Of a stretch of DNA of 64,000 nt, positions 9,186-19,368 are shown one piece after another. Location: positions 1,152,001 through 1,216,000 of the forward strand of contig OZ220691.1 in the NCBI GenBank assembly GCA_965116475.1, given 5' to 3'. Position numbers and translations under genes: made by a program. Numbering within the stretch: position 1 is the first letter of the stretch; each line of letters begins with the position of its first letter. Below the pieces are notes generated by a model. That model worked only from the letters and a program-made list of their open reading frames with translations. It searched no databases and had not been told where the DNA came from. Source of the stretch: Gemmatimonadota bacterium (GTDB taxonomy: Bacteria; Gemmatimonadota; Gemmatimonadetes; Palauibacterales; Palauibacteraceae).

Positions 9186-9961
9186 CAGTCCCTGCGCGGC
9201 CTCGTGCCGCGCGTCGGCGTGCGCGGCTGGCGGTTCACCTCGTCCTGATCTTCCCGGATCGCGTCCAGCAGCCGCTCCGCCTCCTCTCGCGTCATCTCGC
9301 CCGGCGGGGGCGTTCCCTCCTGCGGCTGCGGCTCCGATTCGTTCGGGTCCTGCTCCGGATCCTGCTCCGGATCCTGCGGGGGCTGATCCTGCGGCTCCTG
9401 TTCGGGGTCCTGGTCCTGCTCGCCGCCCTGCGGTGGCGGCTCGCCCTCTTCCTCGTTTTCCTCGTCGTTTTCCTCGTCGTTCTCGCCGTCGCTCTGCTGC
9501 TGTTGCTCCTGCATCTGTTCGAGCACGCGCTCGAGGTTGTGTTTGGCGTCGGCATCGGCCGGGTCGGCCCGCAGCGCCTGCTTGAAGGCCTCCAGGCTCT
9601 CGGGGAGCGCCCCCTGCCGGTAGAGCGTGTTCCCGAGGTTGTACCATGCGGCGGCCGCCAACTCCGGGTCTCCGCTCTCCACCGCGGCGCGGAAGGACTC
9701 AAGCGCGGACTCGTAGTCTTCGCCCCGGTAGAGCGCGTTCCCGTCGTTGAACCGGATGATGGGAGAGTCGGGGGCCTCGAGGAGCGCCTCCAGGTACTTC
9801 TCGTGCGCCTCGGCGAAACGTCCCTCCTCGTACAGGCGGTTCCCCTCGCGCGTCTCCGCGCGGCCCGCCTGCGCACGCGCCTCGGCGGGCGCCGCGGCCG
9901 CGAGGATCGCGATCACCATGGGCAGCCACAGCCGCCCGCTGCCGCCGCGCGTCGTACTCAC
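9182..9961 (-). CDS. batC: BatC-like TPR protein with acidic low-complexity linker
   Basis: TPR repeats (FNDGNALYR, WYNLGNTLYR, DAKHNLE); Q/E/D/P-rich tract; EEAERLLDAI...RDW C-terminus. Confidence 0.8.
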   Translation of the reverse strand: MSTTRGGSGRLWLPMVIAILAAAAPAEARAQAGRAETREGNRLYEEGRFAEAHEKYLEALLEAPDSPIIRFNDGNALYRGEDYESALESFRAAVESGDPELAAAAWYNLGNTLYRQGALPESLEAFKQALRADPADADAKHNLERVLEQMQEQQQQSDGENDEENDEENEEEGEPPPQGGEQDQDPEQEPQDQPPQDPEQDPEQDPNESEPQPQEGTPPPGEMTREEAERLLDAIREDQDEVNRQPRTPTRGTRPRRDW

Positions 9962-10989
9962 GAAAACCTCCCTCTCCAGGCCCTCACCGTCTGCTTCCGG
10001 TCCGTCCAAAGGCCTTCCAGGAACAATAGGAGAATCGCCGCTCCGAGGAATATCTGGAACTGCTCCTCGTACTGGGTGACCTCGCGCGCGTCGATCTCCC
10101 GTCCGCCCAGCTGCGCCACCTCCTCGATGAGCGCGGTCAACTCGCTCGCTTCGGGGGTGCTGCGGTAGAGCTGACCACCCGTTCGCGCCGCGATCTCCCG
10201 CAGGGTCGCCTCGTCGAGCCGGGTCGTGACGACGGCCCCCGCCTCGTCGCGCTTGAAACCGGCCGGCCGGCCTGCCGCGTCGTACTCGGGAATCGGGACG
10301 CCGTCCGTCGACCCCACGCCGACCGTGTGGATCGTAACCCCGGACTCGAGCGCGCGATCCACGGCCGGCTCGATGCCCCCCTCGTGGTCCTCGCCATCGG
10401 TGACGACGATGATGATGCGTTCCTCCACCGGCGCATCGGAGAAGGCGTCGAGCGCAAGTTCGAGCGCCGCCCCGAGATCTGTCCCCTGCACGGGCACGAG
10501 ATCCGTGTCCATCGCGTTGAGGAAGAGGCGCGCGGCTCCGTAGTCGGAGGTCAGCGGGCTCTGGACGAAGGCCTGGCCGGCGAAGGCGATGAGGCCGATG
10601 CGGTCCCCGTCCAGCCGTTCGACGAGGCGCTGGATCTCGAGCTTCGAGCGCTGCAGGCGGTTGGGGGCGAGGTCCTCCGCCAGCATCGACGTGGAGAGGT
10701 CGAGGGCGACGACGATGTCCATCCCCTCGCGGCGGACCGTCTCCACGCGCGAGCCGAACTGCGGGCGGGCGACGGCGACGACGGAGAGGCCGAGGACGGC
10801 AAGGAGTCCGACGGCCTTCCAGGCGCGGGCCCGCCGGTTCACGCTCCGGCTCAGCTGACGGACGAGCGCGAGGTCGCCGAAGCGGGCCAGCGCTCGGCGG
10901 CGGTGCGCCGCGCCGCGCCACATCAGTCCGGCGGCCAGCGGGATGAGCGCCAGCCCGAAGAGCGCCGTGACGAACCCGAAGCGGAACAC
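9958..10989 (-). CDS. batB: BatB-like VWA domain protein
   Basis: ARPQFG, MIDAS DLSTSM, PNRL, TDGEDH, GVPIP motifs. Confidence 0.85.
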   Translation of the reverse strand: MFRFGFVTALFGLALIPLAAGLMWRGAAHRRRALARFGDLALVRQLSRSVNRRARAWKAVGLLAVLGLSVVAVARPQFGSRVETVRREGMDIVVALDLSTSMLAEDLAPNRLQRSKLEIQRLVERLDGDRIGLIAFAGQAFVQSPLTSDYGAARLFLNAMDTDLVPVQGTDLGAALELALDAFSDAPVEERIIIVVTDGEDHEGGIEPAVDRALESGVTIHTVGVGSTDGVPIPEYDAAGRPAGFKRDEAGAVVTTRLDEATLREIAARTGGQLYRSTPEASELTALIEEVAQLGGREIDAREVTQYEEQFQIFLGAAILLLFLEGLWTDRKQTVRAWRGRFS

Positions 10990-11006
10990 GATCTCGCCTC
11001 CCCCCG

Positions 11007-12002
11007 CTACGGCAGTCGTCTCAGGACCGTCTGCGCGAGCCCGATCTCGAGCAGCAGCAGTCCGAGTCCCGCCGCGAGCGGGAAGTGGAAGAGTTCGCCG
11101 TACCGCGTGAAGCTCTGCACGTCGATCTCGGTCGTCTCGAGGGCGTCGATCTCCTCGTAGATGCGTTCGAGACTCTCGCGGTCCGTGGCCCGGAAGTAGC
11201 GGCCTCCGGTGACCTCGGCGACCTCCGTGAGAGTGGGTTCGTCGACATCCACCGGAATCGAGACGAGGCGCCGCCCGAAGACCGGATCGTCGACGGGGAC
11301 CGGGGCCGTCCCCCGCGAACCGGCACCGATCGTATAGACCCTGACCCCGAGAGCGCGGGCCATTTGAGCGGCGGTCGCCGGATCGATCTCGCCGCGGTTG
11401 TTCCGGCCATCGGTGAGGAGCACGATGATCCGCGACTCGGTCTGGCTGGATTCGAGGCGCTTGAGCGCGGTCGCGAGTCCGAGTCCGACCGCGGTCCCGT
11501 CCTCGACCATTCCCACCTGCAGTTCCGCCATGACGGCGGAGACGGCCGGGTGGTCGATCGTGAGCGGGGCCTGGGTGAACGCCTGGCCCGCGAACACGAC
11601 GAGTCCGATGCGGTCGTTGCGCCGGCGCTCGACGAAGTCCGCCGCGACCTCCTTGGCGGCCTCCAGCCGGTTGGGCGCGAGATCCTGCGCGAGCATGGAA
11701 CTGGAGATGTCGAGGGCCATGACGATGTCGATGCCCTCCGTCGACACGTCTTCGCTCGTCGAGGCGGACTGGGGGCGGGCGAAGGCGACGATGAGCGCAC
11801 TGAGGGCGAGAAGTCGCAGCGCCAGCGGCACATGGCGCAAGCGGCCGGTGCGCTCGGCTCCCGCGTGGCGGAGGAGCGCGAGGTCCGGGTAGCGCAGGGT
11901 GCCGGCCCTGCGCCCTCCCTTCGCCAGGTGCCGGTAGGCGAGCGCCGGGACGAGGAGAGGCAGGAGCAGGAGAAACGCGGGGTCCGCGAACCGGTGGATC
12001 AT
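11007..12002 (-). CDS. batA: BatA-like VWA domain protein
   Basis: ARPQ, MIDAS DISSSM, DGTAVG, LLTDGRNN, YFRATD, IYEEIDALE motifs. Confidence 0.9.
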   Translation of the reverse strand: MIHRFADPAFLLLLPLLVPALAYRHLAKGGRRAGTLRYPDLALLRHAGAERTGRLRHVPLALRLLALSALIVAFARPQSASTSEDVSTEGIDIVMALDISSSMLAQDLAPNRLEAAKEVAADFVERRRNDRIGLVVFAGQAFTQAPLTIDHPAVSAVMAELQVGMVEDGTAVGLGLATALKRLESSQTESRIIVLLTDGRNNRGEIDPATAAQMARALGVRVYTIGAGSRGTAPVPVDDPVFGRRLVSIPVDVDEPTLTEVAEVTGGRYFRATDRESLERIYEEIDALETTEIDVQSFTRYGELFHFPLAAGLGLLLLEIGLAQTVLRRLP

Positions 12003-12981
12003 GGCGCGGCCGCCTCCGCCTCCGTCTCCGCGGCGGGCGGCGGCGGCACGAACTTCGTCTGCTCCACCAGCGTGCGCGCGTCGGCCAGGATGTTCCGGCA
12101 TGCCGCGTCATCGGGCCGCCGTTTTGCGAACTTCACGAGGTCGCAGGCGTCCAGGAAGTGCTCGAAGGCCGTGCGAATCCCGGGGTCCACGCCGGCATGT
12201 CCCAGGCTCGAGATCACGTCCGGCGTGATCATCTCCAGGGCCCAGATCCGGTAGCGTCCCTCGACGTACGCGCGGATGATCCGGGACACCTCGACGTGGT
12301 ACGGCTTGATCTCGCCCCGCTCCAGCAGAGGGGACGCTTCGAGCCGGTCCAACGCCTCGAGCGCGATCTCGTGCGCCGGCCTGGTGGGCACAGGCGGTCG
12401 GGCGTCGGTCCCGCCGGGGCCGCGACGCCGCCGGCGCCCCCACCAGTACCCGGCGCCGGCCAGGGCCGCGGCGAGCAGGAACCACGGCCACAGGAGCAGC
12501 CAGTTGCGCGCGATCGCGCGCGGGCCCTTGACCTCGCGGATGTCCCCGCCCTCGTCGAGCCCCACCGTGGTCACGCCGATCACCACCGGGTCGGTTGCGA
12601 CGGTGGCCGTCCCATCGCCCCCGTCCGTGAGTTCGAGGGTAAAGGAGGGGATTTCGAGTTCCCCGAGTTCGAAGGCGGTCACGTGAAGCACCGCCGCCGT
12701 GCGGGCGCCGTCCGCCGAGACGTCGGACGGGCTCACTTCGAGCGCCAGCGCCTCGAAGGAACCCAGCGAGAGGGAATCGGGCCAGCGCACCGCGAGTTCC
12801 GCCGGGTGCTCGACGGTGAGCCGCAGCGCGAGCGGGTCGCCCACATGGATCTCGGTCGTGTCGGGCTCGATCGTGACCCGCGGCGCCTGCCCCCGCAGGT
12901 CTTCGCCCGCGCCGAGCGCCCCGCACGCCAGCAGGAGGCCGACGACCGCGGCCCACCGCTTCCCGCGCCCCGGTCCGCGGC

Positions 12982-12985
<4 letters not shown>
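11999..12985 (-). CDS. Bat-operon-associated membrane-anchored hypothetical protein
   Basis: Signal peptide, Ig-like part, DIREVKGP, TM segment, DLVKFAK; typical position between DUF58 and batA. Confidence 0.75.
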
Positions 12986-13857
<872 letters not shown>

Positions 13858-13885
13858 CCCTCGATCCCTTCGCTTCCCCGAACGC

Positions 13886-14875
13886 CTACGGGACCTCGAC
13901 GCTGTCGAGGATCCGGTTCACGACATCTTCGCTCGTGACTTCCTCGGCTTCGGCCTCGTAGGTGACGAGCACGCGGTGCCGCAGGACGTCGAGGGCGACG
14001 GAGCGCACATCCTCCGGCGTCACGTAGCCCCGGTGCCGCAGGAAGGCGTGTGCCCGCGCCGTGCGCGCCAGGCAGATGCTGGCCCTCGGCGACGCGCCGT
14101 AGGCGATGAGGTCGGCGAGGTCTTCGAGTCCGTGGTCGGCGGGCGCGCGGGAGGCGAACACCAGCTCCACGATGTACCGTTCGACCTGCCGGTCCATGTA
14201 GATGAGGTCGACCGCGCCGCGCGCCCGGAGGATCTCGTCCGGCGTGACGACCGTCTGCGGTTCGGGACCGGATCCGACGCCCATGCGCCGCATGATCTCC
14301 AGCTCTTCCTCCTTGTCGGGATACCCGACGGAGAGCTTGAGCATGAAGCGGTCGACCTGCGCCTCGGGGAGCGGGTACGTCCCCTCCTGCTCGATCGGGT
14401 TCTGCGTCGCGAGGACGAGGAACGGATCGTCGAGGGGGAAGGTCTCGTCCCCGATCGTGACCGTCCGTTCCTGCATCGCCTCGAGGAGCGCGGACTGGAC
14501 CTTGGCGGGGGACCGGTTGATCTCGTCGGCGAGGATGATATTGGAGAAGATCGGACCCTTCCGGGTCTGGAACTCGCTCCGCTTGGGGTCGAAGATCAGC
14601 GTTCCGATGAGGTCGGCGGGAAGGAGGTCCGGCGTGAACTGGATCCTCTGGAAGCCGGTGTCGATCGCCCGCGCGAGCGTCCTCACCGTGAGGGTCTTCG
14701 CCAGCCCCGGCACGCCCTCCATGAGCACGTGCCCGTCGGCGAGCAGGCCGATGAGCAGCCGCTCGACCATGGTGCGCTGCCCCACGATGACGCGCCCCAC
14801 CTCGTCCACCAGCCGCTCCACGAAGGCGCTCTGCTCGCGGATCTTCTCCTGTATCGCTTCGATGTCGTGACTCAC
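13886..14875 (-). CDS. moxR: MoxR family AAA+ ATPase
   Basis: Walker A GVPGLAKT, RIQFTPDLLPAD, Walker B LADEINR, ATQNPIEQEGTYPLPEAQ; GTG start at 14875. Confidence 0.95.
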   Translation of the reverse strand: MSHDIEAIQEKIREQSAFVERLVDEVGRVIVGQRTMVERLLIGLLADGHVLMEGVPGLAKTLTVRTLARAIDTGFQRIQFTPDLLPADLIGTLIFDPKRSEFQTRKGPIFSNIILADEINRSPAKVQSALLEAMQERTVTIGDETFPLDDPFLVLATQNPIEQEGTYPLPEAQVDRFMLKLSVGYPDKEEELEIMRRMGVGSGPEPQTVVTPDEILRARGAVDLIYMDRQVERYIVELVFASRAPADHGLEDLADLIAYGASPRASICLARTARAHAFLRHRGYVTPEDVRSVALDVLRHRVLVTYEAEAEEVTSEDVVNRILDSVEVP

Positions 14876-15113
14876 CGCGGTGCGTTCCTCTCCTCTCGAT
14901 TCGTCTCCAGCATGGTTTCGCGCGAAAGCCCGGCAGAGCGCGGTCGAACCGCCTCGGGCGCCGGGCGCCGACGGGGATCGGCGTTTGAGAGACATTTTAT
15001 CGAATTTCGGCGTTGCCCGAAGGGCTTCCGCTCCCCCCGCGTTGACGGGGGCGGTGGCGACGGTCACCGTGAAACCGAACACCCAGTCGCGGAGTGCCAA
15101 CCGGGAGGGCCGA

Positions 15114-16364
15114 ATGTACGACACGCCGGAGCCGGGATCGGAATCGAAGGCCGTCCACCGTCGCGACCTCCTCCGCTGGCTCGCCGCCAGCCCCCTCCTG
15201 GGTGCGTTCGCGGGCTGCGACCTGGGCCTCGTCGGGCGCGCGATGGCGCAGGAGGCGCCGGCGCGGTCGCTCGACGACCCCGTCGGGTCCGCGCAGGAGG
15301 CCCTCGATGTGTTCGACCTCGAGAAGGTTGCCGCGCAGACCGTGCCCACGGCGCACTGGGGATACATCAAGACGGGCGTCGACGGGGAGGGGACGCAGGC
15401 GAACAACCGGGCCTCGCTGGAGCGGATCTACCTCCGCGCGCGCCGGCTGGTCGATGTCTCGAACCTCGACATGCGCGTCTCGATCTTCGGGCGGGAGTGG
15501 CCGACGCCGCTCATGATCGCCCCGGCGGGGAGCCAGGGCGGCTTCCACCGCGACGGCGAACTCGCGACCGCGCGGGCGGCCGCGGCCCGCAACCACCTGC
15601 AGACGCTCTCATCGGTGAGTTCCACGGGAGTCGAAGCGGTGAACGAGGCGCGGGGGGAGCCGGTGTGGTATCAGCTCTACGCGCCCCGCCACTGGAACGC
15701 GACCGTCGCCCTCGTGAACCGCGTCCGCGCAGCCGGCTGTCCCGTCATCGTGCTCACCGTCGACCTCCTCGGCGGAAGCAATCGCCTCACGCTGGAACGC
15801 TACCGGCGCATCGACGACCGCAACTGCGAGAGCTGTCACCGCAGCGGCGGCCGCGCGGACCCCGTCAAGCCGATGTACGAGGCGTTGCCACAGGGCCCCC
15901 CGGACAGCGGCGGCCCCACCATGACGTGGGACTACGTGCACCGCCTGCGCGACATCACGGACCAGCGGATCGTCGTGAAGGGGCTCGTGACCCGCGAGGA
16001 CGCGGAACTGGCGCTGGAACACGGCGTGGACGGCATCTGGGTCTCGAACCACGGCGGCCGCGCGGAGGGGAGCGGCCGCGCCACGATCGACGCGCTTCCG
16101 GAGGTCGTGGAGGTGGCGGGCGGCGAGGTGCCGATCATCGTCGACGGAGGTTTCCGCCGCGGCACGGACATCTTCAAGGGCATCGCGCGGGGCGCCACCG
16201 CGGTGGCGATCGGGCGCCCCTACCTGTGGGGGCTCGGGGCCTTCGGCCAGGCGGGCGTCGAGCGGGTGCTCGAGATCCTGATCGAGGAACTGCGGATCAC
16301 CATGGGCGCCGTCGGGACGCCGTCCCTCGCCGACATCGGCCCCCATTCCATCGGGGTCGACTGA
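15114..16364 (+). CDS. FMN-dependent alpha-hydroxy acid oxidase with Tat-like N-terminus and CxxCH insert
   Basis: WYQLY, LTVD, VKG, SNHGGR, DGGFRRGTD, GRP motifs; HRRDLL N-terminus; CESCH at 15825-15839. Confidence 0.9.
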   Translation: MYDTPEPGSESKAVHRRDLLRWLAASPLLGAFAGCDLGLVGRAMAQEAPARSLDDPVGSAQEALDVFDLEKVAAQTVPTAHWGYIKTGVDGEGTQANNRASLERIYLRARRLVDVSNLDMRVSIFGREWPTPLMIAPAGSQGGFHRDGELATARAAAARNHLQTLSSVSSTGVEAVNEARGEPVWYQLYAPRHWNATVALVNRVRAAGCPVIVLTVDLLGGSNRLTLERYRRIDDRNCESCHRSGGRADPVKPMYEALPQGPPDSGGPTMTWDYVHRLRDITDQRIVVKGLVTREDAELALEHGVDGIWVSNHGGRAEGSGRATIDALPEVVEVAGGEVPIIVDGGFRRGTDIFKGIARGATAVAIGRPYLWGLGAFGQAGVERVLEILIEELRITMGAVGTPSLADIGPHSIGVD

Positions 16365-16374
16365 CGGAGGCGGG

Positions 16375-16423
16375 GTCGGCGGCTTGGCTGCCGACGGATC
16401 TGCTGACCGTAAGCGGTTCAGCA
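16375..16423. terminator. Two adjacent hairpins between convergent genes
   Basis: GTCGGCGGC-ttg-GCTGCCGAC (16375-16395) and TGCTGA-CCG-taag-CGG-t-TCAGCA (16401-16423). Confidence 0.45.
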
Positions 16424-16477
16424 ACACTACTTGAGGTAAGTCCCAGGAGTCAGCGCCATACGGGTGTACCGCGGGAT

Positions 16478-17122
16478 CTAGCCCACGTCGCGCCGGCGCA
16501 TTTCCGTCGTGTAGTACTCCCAGAGCAGCCGGGCCGCCACGCTCCGCCATGGTCGCCAGCGGCGGGCGATCTCGCGCAGTGCCCTCTCGTCGGGCCGCTG
16601 CTCGAGGCCGAGCGCATGTCGCGCCGCGCTTCGCAGGGCAAGGTCGCCCGCCGGGAAGACATCGCTGTGGCCGGCGCAGAAGAGGAGGTAGACCTCGGCC
16701 GTCCACACCCCGATCCCCTTGAGGGATGTCATGGCCGCGATGGACGCCTCGGCCGGCATGAGACACAGCGCCTGTGGATCGAGACGGCCGCTCCGCACCG
16801 CCTCGGCCGCGCCCTTCAGCGTCGCCTCCTTGGAACGGGACAGTCCGATCCGGCGGCACTGCGCATCGGAGAGCCCGGCCACCTGCGCGGGCTCGCAGCC
16901 CTCGGCCTCCTCGACGAGCCGCTCCCAGATCGCGGCGGCCGCCGCCTTCGAGACCATCTGCGCCACGATGGTCCGGGCGAGCCCCTCGAAGCCCGGCGCC
17001 CGTCGCCGCAGCGGCACGGGCCCCGCCTTTTCTACGACTTCGGCGAGCCGCCCGTCGATCCGCACCAACGCCTCGAGGCCCTCGGCGATATCGTCCGGCG
17101 TTTCTATCGTTCTTCCCTGCAT
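16478..17122 (-). CDS. DNA-3-methyladenine glycosylase II (AlkA-like, HhH-GPD)
   Basis: IVAQMVS, HhH motif LKGIGVWTAE, FPAGDL, WRPWRSVAARLLW. Confidence 0.9.
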   Translation of the reverse strand: MQGRTIETPDDIAEGLEALVRIDGRLAEVVEKAGPVPLRRRAPGFEGLARTIVAQMVSKAAAAAIWERLVEEAEGCEPAQVAGLSDAQCRRIGLSRSKEATLKGAAEAVRSGRLDPQALCLMPAEASIAAMTSLKGIGVWTAEVYLLFCAGHSDVFPAGDLALRSAARHALGLEQRPDERALREIARRWRPWRSVAARLLWEYYTTEMRRRDVG

Positions 17123-17136
17123 TCTCCCCCTCCGCA

Positions 17137-17152
17137 CGTTCCCGCGGGAACG
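17137..17152. repeat. Dispersed 16-bp palindrome CGTTCCCGCGGGAACG, copy 2 (extends to 18 bp)
   Basis: Exact match; in the divergent intergenic region between the alkA-like and DAO genes. Confidence 0.95.
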
Positions 17153-17202
17153 TCTCGGCGCGCTCTCTGGCCGATCCCGGTGCTTGGCCTCAGTCTTATT
17201 GC

Positions 17203-18504
17203 GTGAAACGTCGAACGCTGATCAAGACCGTGGGCGCCGCGGCGCTGGGCTCGAGCTTCGGCGCGTGCTCCCCCGCGTGGCGCCGCCCTCCGCCGGGCCC
17301 CGCCGCCCCGAACCTCCCCCTCCTTCGCGTCGCGCCGGACCGCGTCATCCGAACCACCGTGGGTCTCCGACCCTTTCGTCCCGCCGGTTTCCGCGTAGCG
17401 ACGGAGCGGCTGGGCGAGAAGACCGTCATCCACAACTACGGACACGGCGGCGCGGGGATCTCCCTCTCGTGGGGGACGGGACTGCTCGTCTCCGAACTGG
17501 CCGAACGTCACCCCTCGCGGCAAGCGGCCGTCATCGGAGCGGGCGCCGTCGGCCTCGCCACCGCGCGGCAGCTTCAGCGGCGCGGGTTCGACGTGACGAT
17601 CCACGCGCGCGCCCTCCCGCCCGACACGACCTCGAACATGGCCTACGCCGGGTTCTCGCCGCTCTCCAACCTCGTGTCGGCGCCCGAACGCACTCCGGCC
17701 TTCGACACGCAGTTCGACCGGGCCGTCCGCGCCTCCTACGAGCAGATGCAACGGCTTGCCGGCGCCGGACGCGGCGTGTCGTGGATCACGACGTACACCT
17801 GGACGAACCGCCTCTCGGGCCGGCGGGTGGAAGATTCCGGACTCGATGAGACCGAGGATGAGACCGAGAGCGGCCTCGACCCGGGCCTCGACGTGGGCGC
17901 CACCGTGCTGCAGCCGGGAGCACATCCCTTCCCCGGCACCTATGCGCTCCGCCGGCCGACCCTCCGCATCGAGCCGTCGATCTACCTCGACCGGCTGATG
18001 GAGGAGTTCCTCCTCTTCGGCGGGCGCGTGCGGGTCCGCGACTTCGAGACGCGCCGCGACCTCATGTCGCTCGACGAACCGCTCATCGCCAACTGTACGG
18101 GCCTCGGCTCGCGCGCCCTGTTCGGCGACGAGACGATGAGCCCCATCAAGGGCCAACTCACCTTCCTCGCTCCGCAGCCGGAGATCGACTACAGCCTCGA
18201 AGGCAGCGCGCCGGGCGGCGGCCGCATCGGGGTCCTCCCGCGTGCGGACGGGATCGCGCTCGGACACGTGATGGAGCGCGGCGACTGGAGTCTCGAACCG
18301 ATCGAGGACGCGATCGCGACCCGGCTCGATCGCGCGGGCCGGCTCATGGCGGCGATGGCGGACCACCCCTCGGGACTCGGCAGGGTCGCGACCGCCCCCC
18401 GCCTGTCCCCGATGCACGACTCCGCGATGCACGGCGCACTCGAAGTCGATCCCGTTCCGGCGACCCCGCCCCCCGTCGAGAGCTTCTTCAACATCCAGTC
18501 CTAG
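17203..18504 (+). CDS. FAD-dependent D-amino acid oxidase-like protein, predicted Tat lipoprotein, permuted motif order
   Basis: KRRTLIK + FGAC lipobox; GLRP and HNYGHGG precede the GAGAVG Rossmann motif; NCTGLG and PIKGQL present. Confidence 0.85.
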   Translation: MKRRTLIKTVGAAALGSSFGACSPAWRRPPPGPAAPNLPLLRVAPDRVIRTTVGLRPFRPAGFRVATERLGEKTVIHNYGHGGAGISLSWGTGLLVSELAERHPSRQAAVIGAGAVGLATARQLQRRGFDVTIHARALPPDTTSNMAYAGFSPLSNLVSAPERTPAFDTQFDRAVRASYEQMQRLAGAGRGVSWITTYTWTNRLSGRRVEDSGLDETEDETESGLDPGLDVGATVLQPGAHPFPGTYALRRPTLRIEPSIYLDRLMEEFLLFGGRVRVRDFETRRDLMSLDEPLIANCTGLGSRALFGDETMSPIKGQLTFLAPQPEIDYSLEGSAPGGGRIGVLPRADGIALGHVMERGDWSLEPIEDAIATRLDRAGRLMAAMADHPSGLGRVATAPRLSPMHDSAMHGALEVDPVPATPPPVESFFNIQS

Positions 18505-18536
18505 GGTCGTGGAAAACCCTGCGTCAGTCACCGGTG

Positions 18537-19241
18537 TCAGTCGCCGAACCGGTCCTCCAGCCGATCGCGAAGCCTGCGCCCGATTGCCTCGATCAAGGCG
18601 GCATCTTCGTCCGCGACACCGCGGATCGACAGCGCGACGCCGGGCGCAATCTCGATCCGCGCCCATCTTTCCACCTCGCCCAAGGGATCGGCGCCGCAGT
18701 CCGCCAGCTCCCGGAGCGCGACCAGCAACGCGGCCAACTCCGGATCGTCGGCGGGAGACGCCTGCGCCAATTGAGACCAGTGCGGTCCCTCCTCCCGCAC
18801 CATCAGCCTGTCTTCGAGGGCGGCGTGCCGGTCGGCGACGGCGGCATGCCGCGCCGGCGGGGCGGAGAAGGCGGCCGGCGACTCGCGCCGTTCGGGCACG
18901 TCCGCCGTCTGTAGCGGCAAATCCGCGCCGGCGGACCCGGCGGCGAGGAGGTCGGCGGTCACGGCGATCCGTCCGTCCGCGACGCCCGCGATCAGTTCCG
19001 GCGACGATCCCTTGAACACCGCGCGGATCTCGCGGAGCGCGGTCGCGGGCACCCTCCCGGCCCCCTCCGCCTCGCGGACCCGCCGAATGAAGAGAAGGCG
19101 GTCCCGCACAAGCTGCGGATAACGCGTCTTCGGCCCCCTCCGGCCGACCCGCGGCAGCAGTCCGACCTGCACGTAGTAGGCGATCGTGCGCCGGCTGAAA
19201 CCGGTTTCCTCTTCCAACTCCCGCGCCGTGTAACTGCGCAT
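18537..19241 (-). CDS. MerR-family helix-turn-helix protein
   Basis: YTARELEEETGFSRRTIAYYVQVGLLP...RY MerR-type HTH; alternative start at 19283. Confidence 0.8.
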   Translation of the reverse strand: MRSYTARELEEETGFSRRTIAYYVQVGLLPRVGRRGPKTRYPQLVRDRLLFIRRVREAEGAGRVPATALREIRAVFKGSSPELIAGVADGRIAVTADLLAAGSAGADLPLQTADVPERRESPAAFSAPPARHAAVADRHAALEDRLMVREEGPHWSQLAQASPADDPELAALLVALRELADCGADPLGEVERWARIEIAPGVALSIRGVADEDAALIEAIGRRLRDRLEDRFGD

Positions 19242-19299
19242 GACGTTCCGCCCTTCCATTACCGAAGTGACGTCTGCTGTCATTTACCGACGACAGCCG

Positions 19300-19328
19300 T
19301 TGACTTGTTCGAACCTCCCCATTACTGT
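19300..19328 (+). promoter_or_regulatory. Putative sigma70 promoter for the ARPP-1-like gene
   Basis: TTGACT (19300-19305), 17-nt spacer, TACTGT (19323-19328); a perfect TTGACA lies on the minus strand at 19326-19331. Confidence 0.5.
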
Positions 19329-19368
19329 CAACAGCGTATCAACACTGACAATATCAAGGAGGGGAGAG

